Positions 38,971 through 48,800 of a stretch of 64,000 bases of DNA are shown here, in pieces. Position 1 is the stretch's first letter; the number at the start of each line of letters is the position of its first letter. The translations under genes were made by a program, and so were the position numbers. A model generated the notes under the pieces. The model did not search any database, was not told the origin of the DNA, and saw only the letters and a program-made list of their open reading frames with translations. The DNA is taken from contig JAQUVS010000003.1 in assembly GCA_028693275.1 (NCBI GenBank), forward strand, positions 6,046 to 70,045, written 5' to 3'. The stretch comes from Bacilli bacterium. GTDB lineage: Bacteria > Bacillota_I > Bacilli_A > RF39 > UBA660.

Positions 38971-40266
38971 ATGAAGTTTATAACTGATATTGATATAGAA
39001 AAATATGAAGATTTTGTTTCAAGTAACAAAGAAAAATCACATTTCTTACAAAGTAGTTTTTGGGGAAATTTTAGTCAAAAAGAGAAAAGAATGATACCTC
39101 ACTATGTGGGTATTACTGATGATAATGATAAATTATTAGCTAGTGCACTATTACTTGAGAAGAAGTTACCTCTTGGTTTTAGTTATTTTTATTCTCCTAG
39201 GGGATATGTAATGGATTTTAATGATGATAAATTACTTAGTTTTTTTACTAATAATATTAAGACATTTGTTAAAAATAAAAAAGGGATATTTATTAAAATT
39301 GATCCCGATTTAATAATAAATAAATGGGATAAAGATGATAATCATATTGATTTAGATAATGATTATAAGAAAATTTTTGATAATTTGATTTTTTTAGGAT
39401 ACAAACATAAAGGATTTACTAAAAACTTTGAAACTAATCAACCTAGATATACTTTTAGAATAGATTTTAGTAATAAAACGGCAGAAGAAATTTTAGATAA
39501 TTTTTCTAAGACTACTAAACAAAGAATTAAAAAAGCAAAAGACTTAAATGTAAATGTCTTTATAGGTGATGAAAGTAATATTCATGATTTTTATAAGTTA
39601 ATGGAAATTACAGAAAACAGAAAAGATTTTGTTTCCCATAACGAAGAATATTACAAAGTATTATATGATATTTTGAAGAAAGAAGATAAATGTAATATTT
39701 TTTTGGGTGAGGTTAATATAAAAGAAATTATAGATAAGTATTTATTGGAAGTTAAGGATATAGATTTAGAACTAGAAGATTTAAGTAAGGAACTTAATTT
39801 AAGTAAAACAAAAAATACTAGAAAAAAAGAAATTGAAAAAAGAAAAGAAAAACTATTAACAGATATTAGTAATTATAAAAATTTATCAACAGAATATGGG
39901 GATAGAATTATTACTAATGCTCACTTTATAGTTGAATATGGGGATAAAGCATGGGTTTTATATGCTGGTAACCATAATATTTTAACTGAAGTTTGTGGAA
40001 ATTATTTAACATATAGTAATCATATTGAATACTATAAGAATAAAGGTATTAAGATATATGATCAATTTGGAACAATTGGGGATTTAAATAATAAAGAATT
40101 ATTTGGACTTCATGATTTTAAGAAAAAATTTGGTGGAGATTATATAGAATTTATTGGAGAATTTGATTTAATAACTAATAAGTTTATGTATTTTGTTTTT
40201 GTTAACTTAATTCCTTTTTATAGAAATATGGTTAAGAAGATAGCTAAAAGGAGGAAAATAAAATGA
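38971..40266 (+). CDS. FemAB-family peptidoglycan interpeptide-bridge aminoacyltransferase, paralog 1
   Basis: FemABX N-terminal pattern (FLQSSFWGNF...YSPRG), central coiled-coil insertion, C-terminal GNAT-like half. Confidence 0.75.
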   Translation: MKFITDIDIEKYEDFVSSNKEKSHFLQSSFWGNFSQKEKRMIPHYVGITDDNDKLLASALLLEKKLPLGFSYFYSPRGYVMDFNDDKLLSFFTNNIKTFVKNKKGIFIKIDPDLIINKWDKDDNHIDLDNDYKKIFDNLIFLGYKHKGFTKNFETNQPRYTFRIDFSNKTAEEILDNFSKTTKQRIKKAKDLNVNVFIGDESNIHDFYKLMEITENRKDFVSHNEEYYKVLYDILKKEDKCNIFLGEVNIKEIIDKYLLEVKDIDLELEDLSKELNLSKTKNTRKKEIEKRKEKLLTDISNYKNLSTEYGDRIITNAHFIVEYGDKAWVLYAGNHNILTEVCGNYLTYSNHIEYYKNKGIKIYDQFGTIGDLNNKELFGLHDFKKKFGGDYIEFIGEFDLITNKFMYFVFVNLIPFYRNMVKKIAKRRKIK

Positions 40267-41594
40267 AATTAATAGTACTTAACGAAGAAGAATTTAATCT
40301 TTTCGCTAGTAAACATCCTCAAGCATCTTTTTATCAAACTACTGATTGGGGTCACTTGAAGAAAACAAATGGATGGGATATGCACCTTGTTGGTTTTAAA
40401 GATGATAACAATTCCATAGTAGCTGCAACAATGCTTCTTTTTAAAACTACTCCAATTAAGATGAATATGATTTATTCTCCTAGAGGTTTTTTAATTGATT
40501 TTGATAATTTGGAATTATTGAAAGAGTTTACTAAAGAAATTGTTAATTATGCTAAGAAAAATAAAGGAATATTTATAAAATTAGATCCTTATATTATGTA
40601 CAAAGAAAGAGATATTGATGGTAATATTGTAAATGATGGAGTTAATAACGAAAAGGCTTTCAAAAACTTAATTAATTGTAAATATAAGCATTTTGGTTTT
40701 AACTTAATGCAGGATGCTCTTCAACCTAGATTTATTTTTGTTACTAAGACAAAGAATAGAACTATTGATGAAGTTATGAGTGAGATGGATTCTAAGACTA
40801 GACAAATTATTAGAAAAAATGAGAGATTATGCATTAAAACAAGAGAAATTGGTTATGATGAACTTGATAAATTCAAAGATATAATGCAACATACTGGAGA
40901 TAGAAGAGATTTTATTGATAGACCTTTAAAGTATTATCAAAATATGTATAGTAATCTTTCTAAGTCTGGAATTATTAAAATACTTTTAGCTGAGTTAGAT
41001 ACTGTTTCTTTGATTGAAAGTCTTAATAAAGAAATTGATGAATTAAAAAAAGATTACGATGACAGAAAATATAAATATGATAACGGTATTAATAAGATGA
41101 ATATAGATAAATTTAATTTAAAACAGAAGGAAGTAACAACAAATATTGAAAGAGTTAATAAGAAACTCGATGAAGTTTTAACTTTACAAAAAGAAAATGG
41201 AGAGATAATTACTCTTGGAGGAATATTATTTTTAATCCATGGTGGTGAAGTTTTATCTTTAGTTGGTGGTTCATATAAAAAGTTTATGGAATATCAATCT
41301 GCTTATACTATTCACTGGGCTGGTGTAAAAATGGCCATTGAAGGTAATTATGATAGATATAATTTCTACGGTATAACAGGTGACTTTAATCCTTCAAATC
41401 CTTTACTTGGTCTTTATTTATTTAAGAAAAGTTTTGGTGGAGTAGTTGTAGAATTAATTGGAGAGTTTGACCTTATAGTTAATAAACCCTTATATATTGG
41501 GTATAAAATAGCATTCGGATTATACCATTTTCTAAAAAATGGTTATTCAAGACTTATAAAGGTTGTTAAAATTGTTTTTTCAAAGCAAAAATAA
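40263..41594 (+). CDS. FemAB-family aminoacyltransferase, paralog 2
   Basis: FYQTTDWGHLK...YSPRGF; coiled-coil arm; 4-nt overlap with paralog 1. Confidence 0.75.
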   Translation: MKLIVLNEEEFNLFASKHPQASFYQTTDWGHLKKTNGWDMHLVGFKDDNNSIVAATMLLFKTTPIKMNMIYSPRGFLIDFDNLELLKEFTKEIVNYAKKNKGIFIKLDPYIMYKERDIDGNIVNDGVNNEKAFKNLINCKYKHFGFNLMQDALQPRFIFVTKTKNRTIDEVMSEMDSKTRQIIRKNERLCIKTREIGYDELDKFKDIMQHTGDRRDFIDRPLKYYQNMYSNLSKSGIIKILLAELDTVSLIESLNKEIDELKKDYDDRKYKYDNGINKMNIDKFNLKQKEVTTNIERVNKKLDEVLTLQKENGEIITLGGILFLIHGGEVLSLVGGSYKKFMEYQSAYTIHWAGVKMAIEGNYDRYNFYGITGDFNPSNPLLGLYLFKKSFGGVVVELIGEFDLIVNKPLYIGYKIAFGLYHFLKNGYSRLIKVVKIVFSKQK

Positions 41595-41595
41595 G

Positions 41596-41620
41596 CATAT
41601 AAATGCTTATTTTTTTATTT
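41596..41620. terminator. Bidirectional terminator between femAB-2 and the sigma gene
   Basis: hairpin AAGCATATAAATGCTT followed by T7. Confidence 0.5.
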
Positions 41621-42375
41621 TATAATCTTTTTGTATTTATTTTGTCTGATTTTATAAACAAAACAACAAATAAAATCAAACTTATTACTGAAAGAATTAA
41701 TAAAAGGATATTTAAATCAAAGATTGGATTTGAACTACCTAATTTTGCCGTTTCTAGTACGAAACTATCATTAAGTGGGACACTCCTATCTGTAGGTATT
41801 TCTAGTGCCTTACTTCTATATATTAAACTTACTGTAGATATTATAAAAGTAGAGAATAATCCAGTTAGTACTGTTCTTAATTTTTTGATTGATGTGTTAT
41901 ATTTCCACATAACTGTTCCTATTGGAATATTTAACATATCTGAAATTTCTTTATGACTCAATCCACATATTATTTTTAATGTTACTATCTGTCTTTGTTG
42001 TTCATTTAATGAGTTTATTAAATGATTACAAGAATCCATATCAACTAAAGTTTCTATAGACTTATCAAGAACAGGTATTTCACTTATGTCGTCGATTGAT
42101 ATTTCTTTTTTTTCTTTTCTTAATAACTGTAATGTTTCATTCTTAACAACTTTGTACAACCAACTAAGTTCATTTTTTGTTGGATATTTATTTGAATTTA
42201 GTTTATATAAGTTAAGCATTGTATTTTGGATTGCATCCTTGCTTATTTCATCATCTCTACATATTGAAAATGCAACACCATACATTACTCTAAAGTAATT
42301 ATCATATAGTAATTTAAATCCATATGAATCATAATTTTTTAATAATTCAAATATTGTACTTAGTTTTATATTCAT
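41620..42375 (-). CDS. ECF-type sigma-70 factor fused to a C-terminal two-TM membrane anchor
   Basis: region 2 (DAIQNTMLNLYK, WLYKVVKNETLQLLRK) and region 4 (LSHKEISDMLNIPIGTVMWKYNTSIKKLR), then two predicted TM helices; ATG at 42375 lies 1 nt after the upstream stop. Confidence 0.7.
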   Translation of the reverse strand: MNIKLSTIFELLKNYDSYGFKLLYDNYFRVMYGVAFSICRDDEISKDAIQNTMLNLYKLNSNKYPTKNELSWLYKVVKNETLQLLRKEKKEISIDDISEIPVLDKSIETLVDMDSCNHLINSLNEQQRQIVTLKIICGLSHKEISDMLNIPIGTVMWKYNTSIKKLRTVLTGLFSTFIISTVSLIYRSKALEIPTDRSVPLNDSFVLETAKLGSSNPIFDLNILLLILSVISLILFVVLFIKSDKINTKRL

Positions 42376-42376
42376 G

Positions 42377-43615
42377 TTATTCACCACTTATTCCATTACT
42401 TACATGTACTTCTATATTTTCATTTATTGTAACAAATTCATTATATTTAGAAGTCCAAACGATTGTTCCCTTTTCTTTTTCTGAATTAATATACTTGACC
42501 GTATAAGTAAATTTTAAACCTTTTTGATTATACTCATAGAAGACTTTTGCTAATTCACTTTCACTTGTTCCAATCAAACTATTAAAATATGGTTTACCTA
42601 AAGAATAAATTAATTCAACCTTATTATCTGTTTCTAATTTTCTAGTACCAGCTTTAACAGATTGAGAAATTAATTGACCATAGCCAACGTTCATATTATA
42701 TAGTAATCTAATTTTAATATCAAGTTTGCTATTTAATGTTGAGGCGTTTTCGCTTGTTACACCATAGAAATTAGGGATTGTAATACCCTTACCTCCTGAT
42801 ACATTTAATTTTAATTTAGTTTCTATTGTTATTAAATCACCCATTTTTACTGATTGACTTGTTACTCTTCCGATTTCATATTTGTCATTTATAACATCAG
42901 TATAATTACAAATTATATTATTTTCAGTACACCACTTAGTAACATCCTCTTTTGATTTATCTATTAAGTTTGGTACTTCAATTTTTTTGTCATATTCAAC
43001 ATTTCCCTTAGAAATTACAATTTCTAGACTGTCACTTCTTGTAAAATTATTTTCATCCGTTGTAGCACTGGAAAAGGTATATTTTATTAACTTACCTTTT
43101 TCTATTTTTATAGAATTTTCTTCTGTGATTACTGTACATGTTAACTTATTCTTATCTATCCATTCTTTTATCTGTCTACCAGTCATGTTACTTAAATCTG
43201 GTACTTTTATTTTTTCTGATGGATCATTTCCTTTACTTATTATTATTTTAAAAGTAGAATTTTTATTTATTTTTTTTCCTGGTTTTATACTTTGTTTGAT
43301 AACAAAGTCTTCTAATATTTTATCATCATATTTTTCTTCTTCTATTAATTGTATTTTATTTTTATCTGCCCATTTTTTTGCTATAGAAGATAATTGATTA
43401 TTAAAGTCTGGTACTTCTACTTTAGATATATTGATATAAATAAATAATGATACAAGAGCTAATAATAAACCTAATGATACTTGGATTATTATTTTTTTCT
43501 TCTTTCTATTAGAATACTTTTGATCCTTTTCTATATCATATTCTACTTCTTTTATTCCTGTTTTTCTTTTGATATCTTTTTCTTCTTCTGTGAAGTTATC
43601 TAAAAAACTATTCAT
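42377..43615 (-). CDS. Kinase-less membrane protein with 4-5 extracellular PASTA repeats
   Basis: 40-aa cytoplasmic N-terminus, one TM, repeated units beginning VPD/VPN/IPN and ending ISKG/VSGG; start ATG overlaps the ABC ATPase stop (ATGAATAG). Confidence 0.7.
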   Translation of the reverse strand: MNSFLDNFTEEEKDIKRKTGIKEVEYDIEKDQKYSNRKKKKIIIQVSLGLLLALVSLFIYINISKVEVPDFNNQLSSIAKKWADKNKIQLIEEEKYDDKILEDFVIKQSIKPGKKINKNSTFKIIISKGNDPSEKIKVPDLSNMTGRQIKEWIDKNKLTCTVITEENSIKIEKGKLIKYTFSSATTDENNFTRSDSLEIVISKGNVEYDKKIEVPNLIDKSKEDVTKWCTENNIICNYTDVINDKYEIGRVTSQSVKMGDLITIETKLKLNVSGGKGITIPNFYGVTSENASTLNSKLDIKIRLLYNMNVGYGQLISQSVKAGTRKLETDNKVELIYSLGKPYFNSLIGTSESELAKVFYEYNQKGLKFTYTVKYINSEKEKGTIVWTSKYNEFVTINENIEVHVSNGISGE

Positions 43616-44285
43616 CTTTCTTTAGTATTCCTTTCTCAAGTATTAAAGTAACATCAGATTTTTTAGCAATTTCTTTGGAATGAGTAACCATTATTACACA
43701 TTTTTTATGCTCATGGGCTAAACTTGCAAATAGTTTAACTATTTCTTCTGACATTTCTTGATCTAAATTACCTGTTGGTTCATCTGCTAAAATCAGATTA
43801 ACATCTGTAGATAGTGCTCTTGCTATTGCAACTCTTTGTTGTTCACCACCTGATAATTTATTTATAGTTCTATTTCCTTTTATACTGTCTATTCCTACAT
43901 ATTTTAGGAGATTTTTTGCAACTGTTTCTTTATTTTCTGGTAATTTATTATTTGTAATACTCATTGCTACTAGAATGTTTTCTATTCCTGTCATATATGG
44001 AATTAAGTTGTAACTTTGAAAAATAATTCCTACTTTATTTCTACGATAATTATCTAATCCTATTTGTCTTATATTTATATTTTCATAATTTATTTGTCCA
44101 CTTTTTTGTTCTTCTAGGGCTGATATTAAAGATAGAAAGGTCGTTTTCCCACTTCCACTTTCACCTAAAATTGTATAAAATTTACCCTTTTCAAAATCGT
44201 ATGTTATATCCTTTAAAATGTGCCTTATTATATCTCCATCTTGATAAAAATAACTTAAATTTGAAACGCTTAATATATTTTCCAT
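43608..44285 (-). CDS. ABC transporter ATP-binding protein (MacB/FtsE-like)
   Basis: Walker A GESGSGKTT, signature LSGGEQQRVAIARAL, Walker B ILADEPTGNLD; RBS AAGGAGGT. Confidence 0.9.
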   Translation of the reverse strand: MENILSVSNLSYFYQDGDIIRHILKDITYDFEKGKFYTILGESGSGKTTFLSLISALEEQKSGQINYENINIRQIGLDNYRRNKVGIIFQSYNLIPYMTGIENILVAMSITNNKLPENKETVAKNLLKYVGIDSIKGNRTINKLSGGEQQRVAIARALSTDVNLILADEPTGNLDQEMSEEIVKLFASLAHEHKKCVIMVTHSKEIAKKSDVTLILEKGILKKDE

Positions 44286-44295
44286 ATTTACCTCC

Positions 44296-45723
44296 TTACA
44301 TTAATATCTTTCTTGGATTTATTTTTAAAGTGTAATATATTGGTAATAAAGTAGATAGAGTTACACTACCTAAGCAAACTATATATATTATAAATATGGT
44401 ATTTATATCTAAACTAACACTATATTTACTCATTATTTCTTTTTTATCTATATTATTTTGATATCCAAATTCATCATATGAAATATTATCTTCTTTAGAA
44501 CTAGAAGATATTTCATTATCTAACATCTTATTTGAAATGTTTTTTGCTAATAGATTACCACTGAATATAGATATTGATACTGCTAGTAAAGATATTATTA
44601 TTGTCTCTAAAAGAACTTGGATAGCTATATTCATTTTATATTCTCCTAAAGCTAAATATATACCTATTTCATGTTTTCTTTCTCTAAAAAATAATACTGT
44701 TATTAATCCTATTATTATTATTGAAGCTATTATTGATGCATACATTATAAAGTTAGATAAGCTTTGCATATTTTGCATTGGTCCTATAGTTTTATTATAT
44801 AATTCAGAGTTATCAGTAAATTTATATCCTGTTAACAATTTTTTTATGTTTTCATTTTTAAAGTCATCTAATTCATTTATATTTTTTAAATTAAATGTTG
44901 CTTTTATATCGAAACTATCATAATCTTCTATATTTAATTCATCATAAGAAGTTATTATTTTATTATGTATAAATTCCATAGTTTTATTAGGCATATAAAT
45001 GTAATCTACTAATGGGTTATACTCTTCTACTATTTTCCCATCTTCGTCTTTAATTAGGTTTGTTTTAGCTTCAAAGATTCCAATTACTTTGTATTCTTCC
45101 TTTATAGATTTTAAAATTTTAAAATCTACTCCTGAATAATCTTCTATATTTTTACCTAAAGTTATTGTTGAACCTACTTTTAGATTATTCTTTTTTGCTA
45201 ACTCTTTTGAAATGATTACTACATTATTTCCTTTTTCTATATCATCTTTTGTATATGTTTTTCCATCTATTATGTTAAATTTATCTAAAGTTATCTCTCT
45301 TATTATAGTACTATTTGATCCAATAATAGAAAAACTATTTTCCTGTCCTATAATAGATATTTTATCCTCAAGACTTGATGTTCTAAATAAAATGTTTTCA
45401 TTTACTAGTTTTAATGTAGTACTTTGTAAATTATAATTGTAAGAATAATAATAATCTTTTATATATGTTGATTTTCCTATTTGATTGATTTGCTTTTCTG
45501 TTAATTTTTCTGGTTCTTTATCAGTTATTTTTTCATAATCTAATTCTATTTTTATTTCTACTGGCATTTTTTCTGTGATAGATTTCTCCGTGTTTGCTAA
45601 AGCTTTTTTAACAGATATAGATCCTGCTATGACATTACTAATTAATAATATTGCCAAAAATAGTATTAATGATTTCCCTTTCCTTCTTATTATACTTGTG
45701 TAACTTCTTCTAAAAAAATTCAT
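44296..45723 (-). CDS. FtsX/MacB-type ABC permease with large extracytoplasmic domain
   Basis: N-terminal TM, approx 290-aa extracellular domain, three C-terminal TM helices; RBS GGGAG. Confidence 0.75.
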   Translation of the reverse strand: MNFFRRSYTSIIRRKGKSLILFLAILLISNVIAGSISVKKALANTEKSITEKMPVEIKIELDYEKITDKEPEKLTEKQINQIGKSTYIKDYYYSYNYNLQSTTLKLVNENILFRTSSLEDKISIIGQENSFSIIGSNSTIIREITLDKFNIIDGKTYTKDDIEKGNNVVIISKELAKKNNLKVGSTITLGKNIEDYSGVDFKILKSIKEEYKVIGIFEAKTNLIKDEDGKIVEEYNPLVDYIYMPNKTMEFIHNKIITSYDELNIEDYDSFDIKATFNLKNINELDDFKNENIKKLLTGYKFTDNSELYNKTIGPMQNMQSLSNFIMYASIIASIIIIGLITVLFFRERKHEIGIYLALGEYKMNIAIQVLLETIIISLLAVSISIFSGNLLAKNISNKMLDNEISSSSKEDNISYDEFGYQNNIDKKEIMSKYSVSLDINTIFIIYIVCLGSVTLSTLLPIYYTLKINPRKILM

Positions 45724-45838
45724 ATAAATCTCCCTTCTTTTTTTTAGATTTATCCCCCTATATATTTAGATGCAAAAAGGTGGATATTTTATTGGTTTTT
45801 AGATAAAAAAAAGAACAAATTTATTTTGTCCTTATATT

Positions 45839-47092
45839 TTATCTTCTAATTAAGTTTTTTATCTTCTTTATTAATTTATATATATAATAAAAGTTAGATA
45901 TCTTTAATTCAAATTGACCTATATATTCTATAACATTACCAGTGAATCCTTTTTTAAATTCATAAATACCATAGTATTTATTTTCTTTATTGAAGTCACC
46001 TGTTATACCATAAAAATTACAGTATTTAAAATTTTCTTGGTATGCATCTTTTATATGTTTATCATACATTGCATACTTTGGAGTGAAGCTCTTATATTCT
46101 TCTAATACTCCACTTGATAACGTTAAGTATTCATTCCCTGATTTTATTGATAATAGGCATCCTATATCTTTACCATTAGGATTCTCTTCCTTAAATTTTT
46201 TAGCTTTATCTAATTCTAATTGATATTTGTCTAAAAGCTTATCTGAAGTTTCTTTTTGATTTAGTAGCTTACTACCTACATTATCTTTATTTAGTTTTTC
46301 AATAATAATTTTATTATTTTCTAGTTCATTATTATATAATTCAAGAGTACTATTGTAGTAGATCGTTGGATCTAAATATGCTATATATATAGTCATGAGA
46401 TTACTCATGTTTTTATACATATTTTGATAATATTTTAGACTTCTATGAAAGAAGTCTTTTCTTTTAGATGTTAATTCAAATATTTCTGTTAGAGTTGGTA
46501 AATCTTCTATTTTACCTTTTCTTACTTGAAGACCTTTTTTATAACAAGAGTCTATATTTTTTCTTGTACTTTTTGAAAATTTTTGTTTTTTTGTTTCATA
46601 GTCTTCATCTAATTCTAATCTATATGCCCATCTTGCTTGAAGTGAATCTAAATAAATATTGAAACCAAAATGTTTATAATTTAATTTTTTTAGATTAGCT
46701 ATAGTAAAATCATCTTTATCATCATTTATTATTTCACCTTCACTACTTCTAGTTCTATAGATAACATTTGGATCAATAGTTAAGATGAATCCATTATTTT
46801 TCTTTATATATTTCTTTAATTCTTCTGTAAAAAAAGATAATAATTCATAGTTATGATAATCCAAAATCATTCCCCTAGGAGAATAAAAAATACTTTTATT
46901 TAAAATTGTTTTTGTTTCTAATAATAGAGATGTAGCTATTACTTTACCATCTTTTTTTATACCAACAAGATGAGGAATATCATTACTTTCTTTTTTTAAA
47001 TTACCTAGTTCTATTGTTTGCATGAAAGAGGTTTGACTATTATTACTTAAAAATTCATTATATTCATCTTTATTTAAAATCTCAAATTTCAT
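45839..47092 (-). CDS. FemAB-family aminoacyltransferase, paralog 3
   Basis: SFMQTIELGNLK...YSPRG; coiled-coil insertion; followed by short terminator GGACAAA/TTTGTTC + T8. Confidence 0.75.
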   Translation of the reverse strand: MKFEILNKDEYNEFLSNNSQTSFMQTIELGNLKKESNDIPHLVGIKKDGKVIATSLLLETKTILNKSIFYSPRGMILDYHNYELLSFFTEELKKYIKKNNGFILTIDPNVIYRTRSSEGEIINDDKDDFTIANLKKLNYKHFGFNIYLDSLQARWAYRLELDEDYETKKQKFSKSTRKNIDSCYKKGLQVRKGKIEDLPTLTEIFELTSKRKDFFHRSLKYYQNMYKNMSNLMTIYIAYLDPTIYYNSTLELYNNELENNKIIIEKLNKDNVGSKLLNQKETSDKLLDKYQLELDKAKKFKEENPNGKDIGCLLSIKSGNEYLTLSSGVLEEYKSFTPKYAMYDKHIKDAYQENFKYCNFYGITGDFNKENKYYGIYEFKKGFTGNVIEYIGQFELKISNFYYIYKLIKKIKNLIRR

Positions 47093-47096
47093 ATTA

Positions 47097-48737
47097 TTAC
47101 CTCTTTTTTCTTATTATTTTACTTATAAATTTATTAACTAATTCTTTTCCAAATATTCCAACTAGTACTCTATTTTTTAGATTTATTAAAACAAATATTC
47201 CTCCACCAACAATTGTATATAGTAATATTATTGGGATATTTAATAATCTATTAGTTTGATCTAATGGAATAACAAACTTCATTGATAAAAGAACTAAACT
47301 CATTATTATTACTGATACTATGATTTTAATTGTTTTATTAAGTGTGTCTTCATACTCTACTTTGTACTTACTATGTAAGAAGGCTAAACATATAATTACA
47401 CATATAAGGTATCCTAAAATTGTTGCTGTTGTTGCTCCATGATATGCTGGAATTCCTAATTTATGAAATCCATATACTAAAGGGGCATTGAAGATTACTT
47501 TTACTAATAATCCTGTAATTAGTGATATAAAGACAACTTTGTATTCTTTTAATACCTGAGTAATTGTAATTGTTGCTGTAAATAAAGTTGTTGCTAATGC
47601 AGTATAAATATAATAACTGAAAACATCTGTTCCTAATTTACTATATCCATAAAATATATCCCATACTGGTTGAGCTAAGATGCTTAAGCCAACTGTCATT
47701 GGTAATACTAAAAAGATTATTACTTGAATAGTTTGATTTATTTTTTTTCTAACATCAACTATGTCATTTTTAACAAAACTTCTAGTTAAATTTGGTATTA
47801 AACTTACCATTACTCCTGTTGCTATTGAGATAACTATCATAGTTAATTTAGAACCCCAAGTTGAAAATATACTTATTACTGATTCTGCTGTTGTTACCTT
47901 AAAAGATAGGTCATTAACTAATATTTTTACTAACATAACTACATCTACTGATGTATAAAGTGACTTAAATATATCTATCATTATAAAAGGGAAAGCATAT
48001 ATTAAAATTTTTCTTAATATTTGTTTATCAGAAATAAATGGTTCTTCTGTATTTGTGTTATTTTTTTCAAGTAATTCCTTGTGTTTATTGGATTTTCTTA
48101 CAAGGTATAACCAAGAAATGATGGCTCCTATTGTTGCAGAAAAGACTGATATACCTACTGTTGTTTTTAATGATAAGTTAAATACTTTTAATGATAAATA
48201 ACTTCCTAAAACTATAATTATTACTCTTACTAATTGTTCAAGTACTTGGGATACTGATGTTGGAGTAATAAATCTATGTCCTTGTAAGTACCCTCTGTAT
48301 ATACTTAATATTGGTACTATTAATATTGCTGTTGATATTACTCTAATAACAAATGTAATATCTTGGATTGAATTTCCACCTTCTACATTTCCTATTATTA
48401 AAATAGCTAATGGTTTTGCAAAGATCATTAAAATTAAGAAAGAAAATACTCCCATAATTGTTAATGCTTTTTTACCAATACTAAAAGCTCTTTCTTTTGC
48501 ATTATAATATCCTAAAACATTATATTCACTTATTATTTTACTCATTGCTAAAGGTATTCCTGCTGATGATATTCCTAAAAATATTGAATATATCGAATAG
48601 GCATATCCGTATAGTGCTCCACCTTGATTTCCAATTATTGCATAAAATGGAATAACATATATAATTCCTAAAATCTTACTTAATACAATACCCATTGTTG
48701 CTATAAATGCACCTTGGATAAACGAATTTTTTTTCAT
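47097..48737 (-). CDS. MurJ/MviN-family flippase (YtgP/SpoVB-like polysaccharide biosynthesis protein)
   Basis: 546 aa, about 14 TM helices; N-terminus LSKILGIIYVIPFYAIIGNQGGALYGYAY resembles B. subtilis YtgP. Confidence 0.75.
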   Translation of the reverse strand: MKKNSFIQGAFIATMGIVLSKILGIIYVIPFYAIIGNQGGALYGYAYSIYSIFLGISSAGIPLAMSKIISEYNVLGYYNAKERAFSIGKKALTIMGVFSFLILMIFAKPLAILIIGNVEGGNSIQDITFVIRVISTAILIVPILSIYRGYLQGHRFITPTSVSQVLEQLVRVIIIVLGSYLSLKVFNLSLKTTVGISVFSATIGAIISWLYLVRKSNKHKELLEKNNTNTEEPFISDKQILRKILIYAFPFIMIDIFKSLYTSVDVVMLVKILVNDLSFKVTTAESVISIFSTWGSKLTMIVISIATGVMVSLIPNLTRSFVKNDIVDVRKKINQTIQVIIFLVLPMTVGLSILAQPVWDIFYGYSKLGTDVFSYYIYTALATTLFTATITITQVLKEYKVVFISLITGLLVKVIFNAPLVYGFHKLGIPAYHGATTATILGYLICVIICLAFLHSKYKVEYEDTLNKTIKIIVSVIIMSLVLLSMKFVIPLDQTNRLLNIPIILLYTIVGGGIFVLINLKNRVLVGIFGKELVNKFISKIIRKKR

Positions 48738-48800
48738 CTCGTCACTTCCTATACCATATATATAATATCATATATTTCCTTTAAAAAAAATAAAAAGTGG

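Noticed and set aside
41603-41956. 117-aa plus-strand ORF
   Set aside because: Antisense to the 3' half of the sigma factor gene; starts inside the femAB-2 terminator; no RBS.
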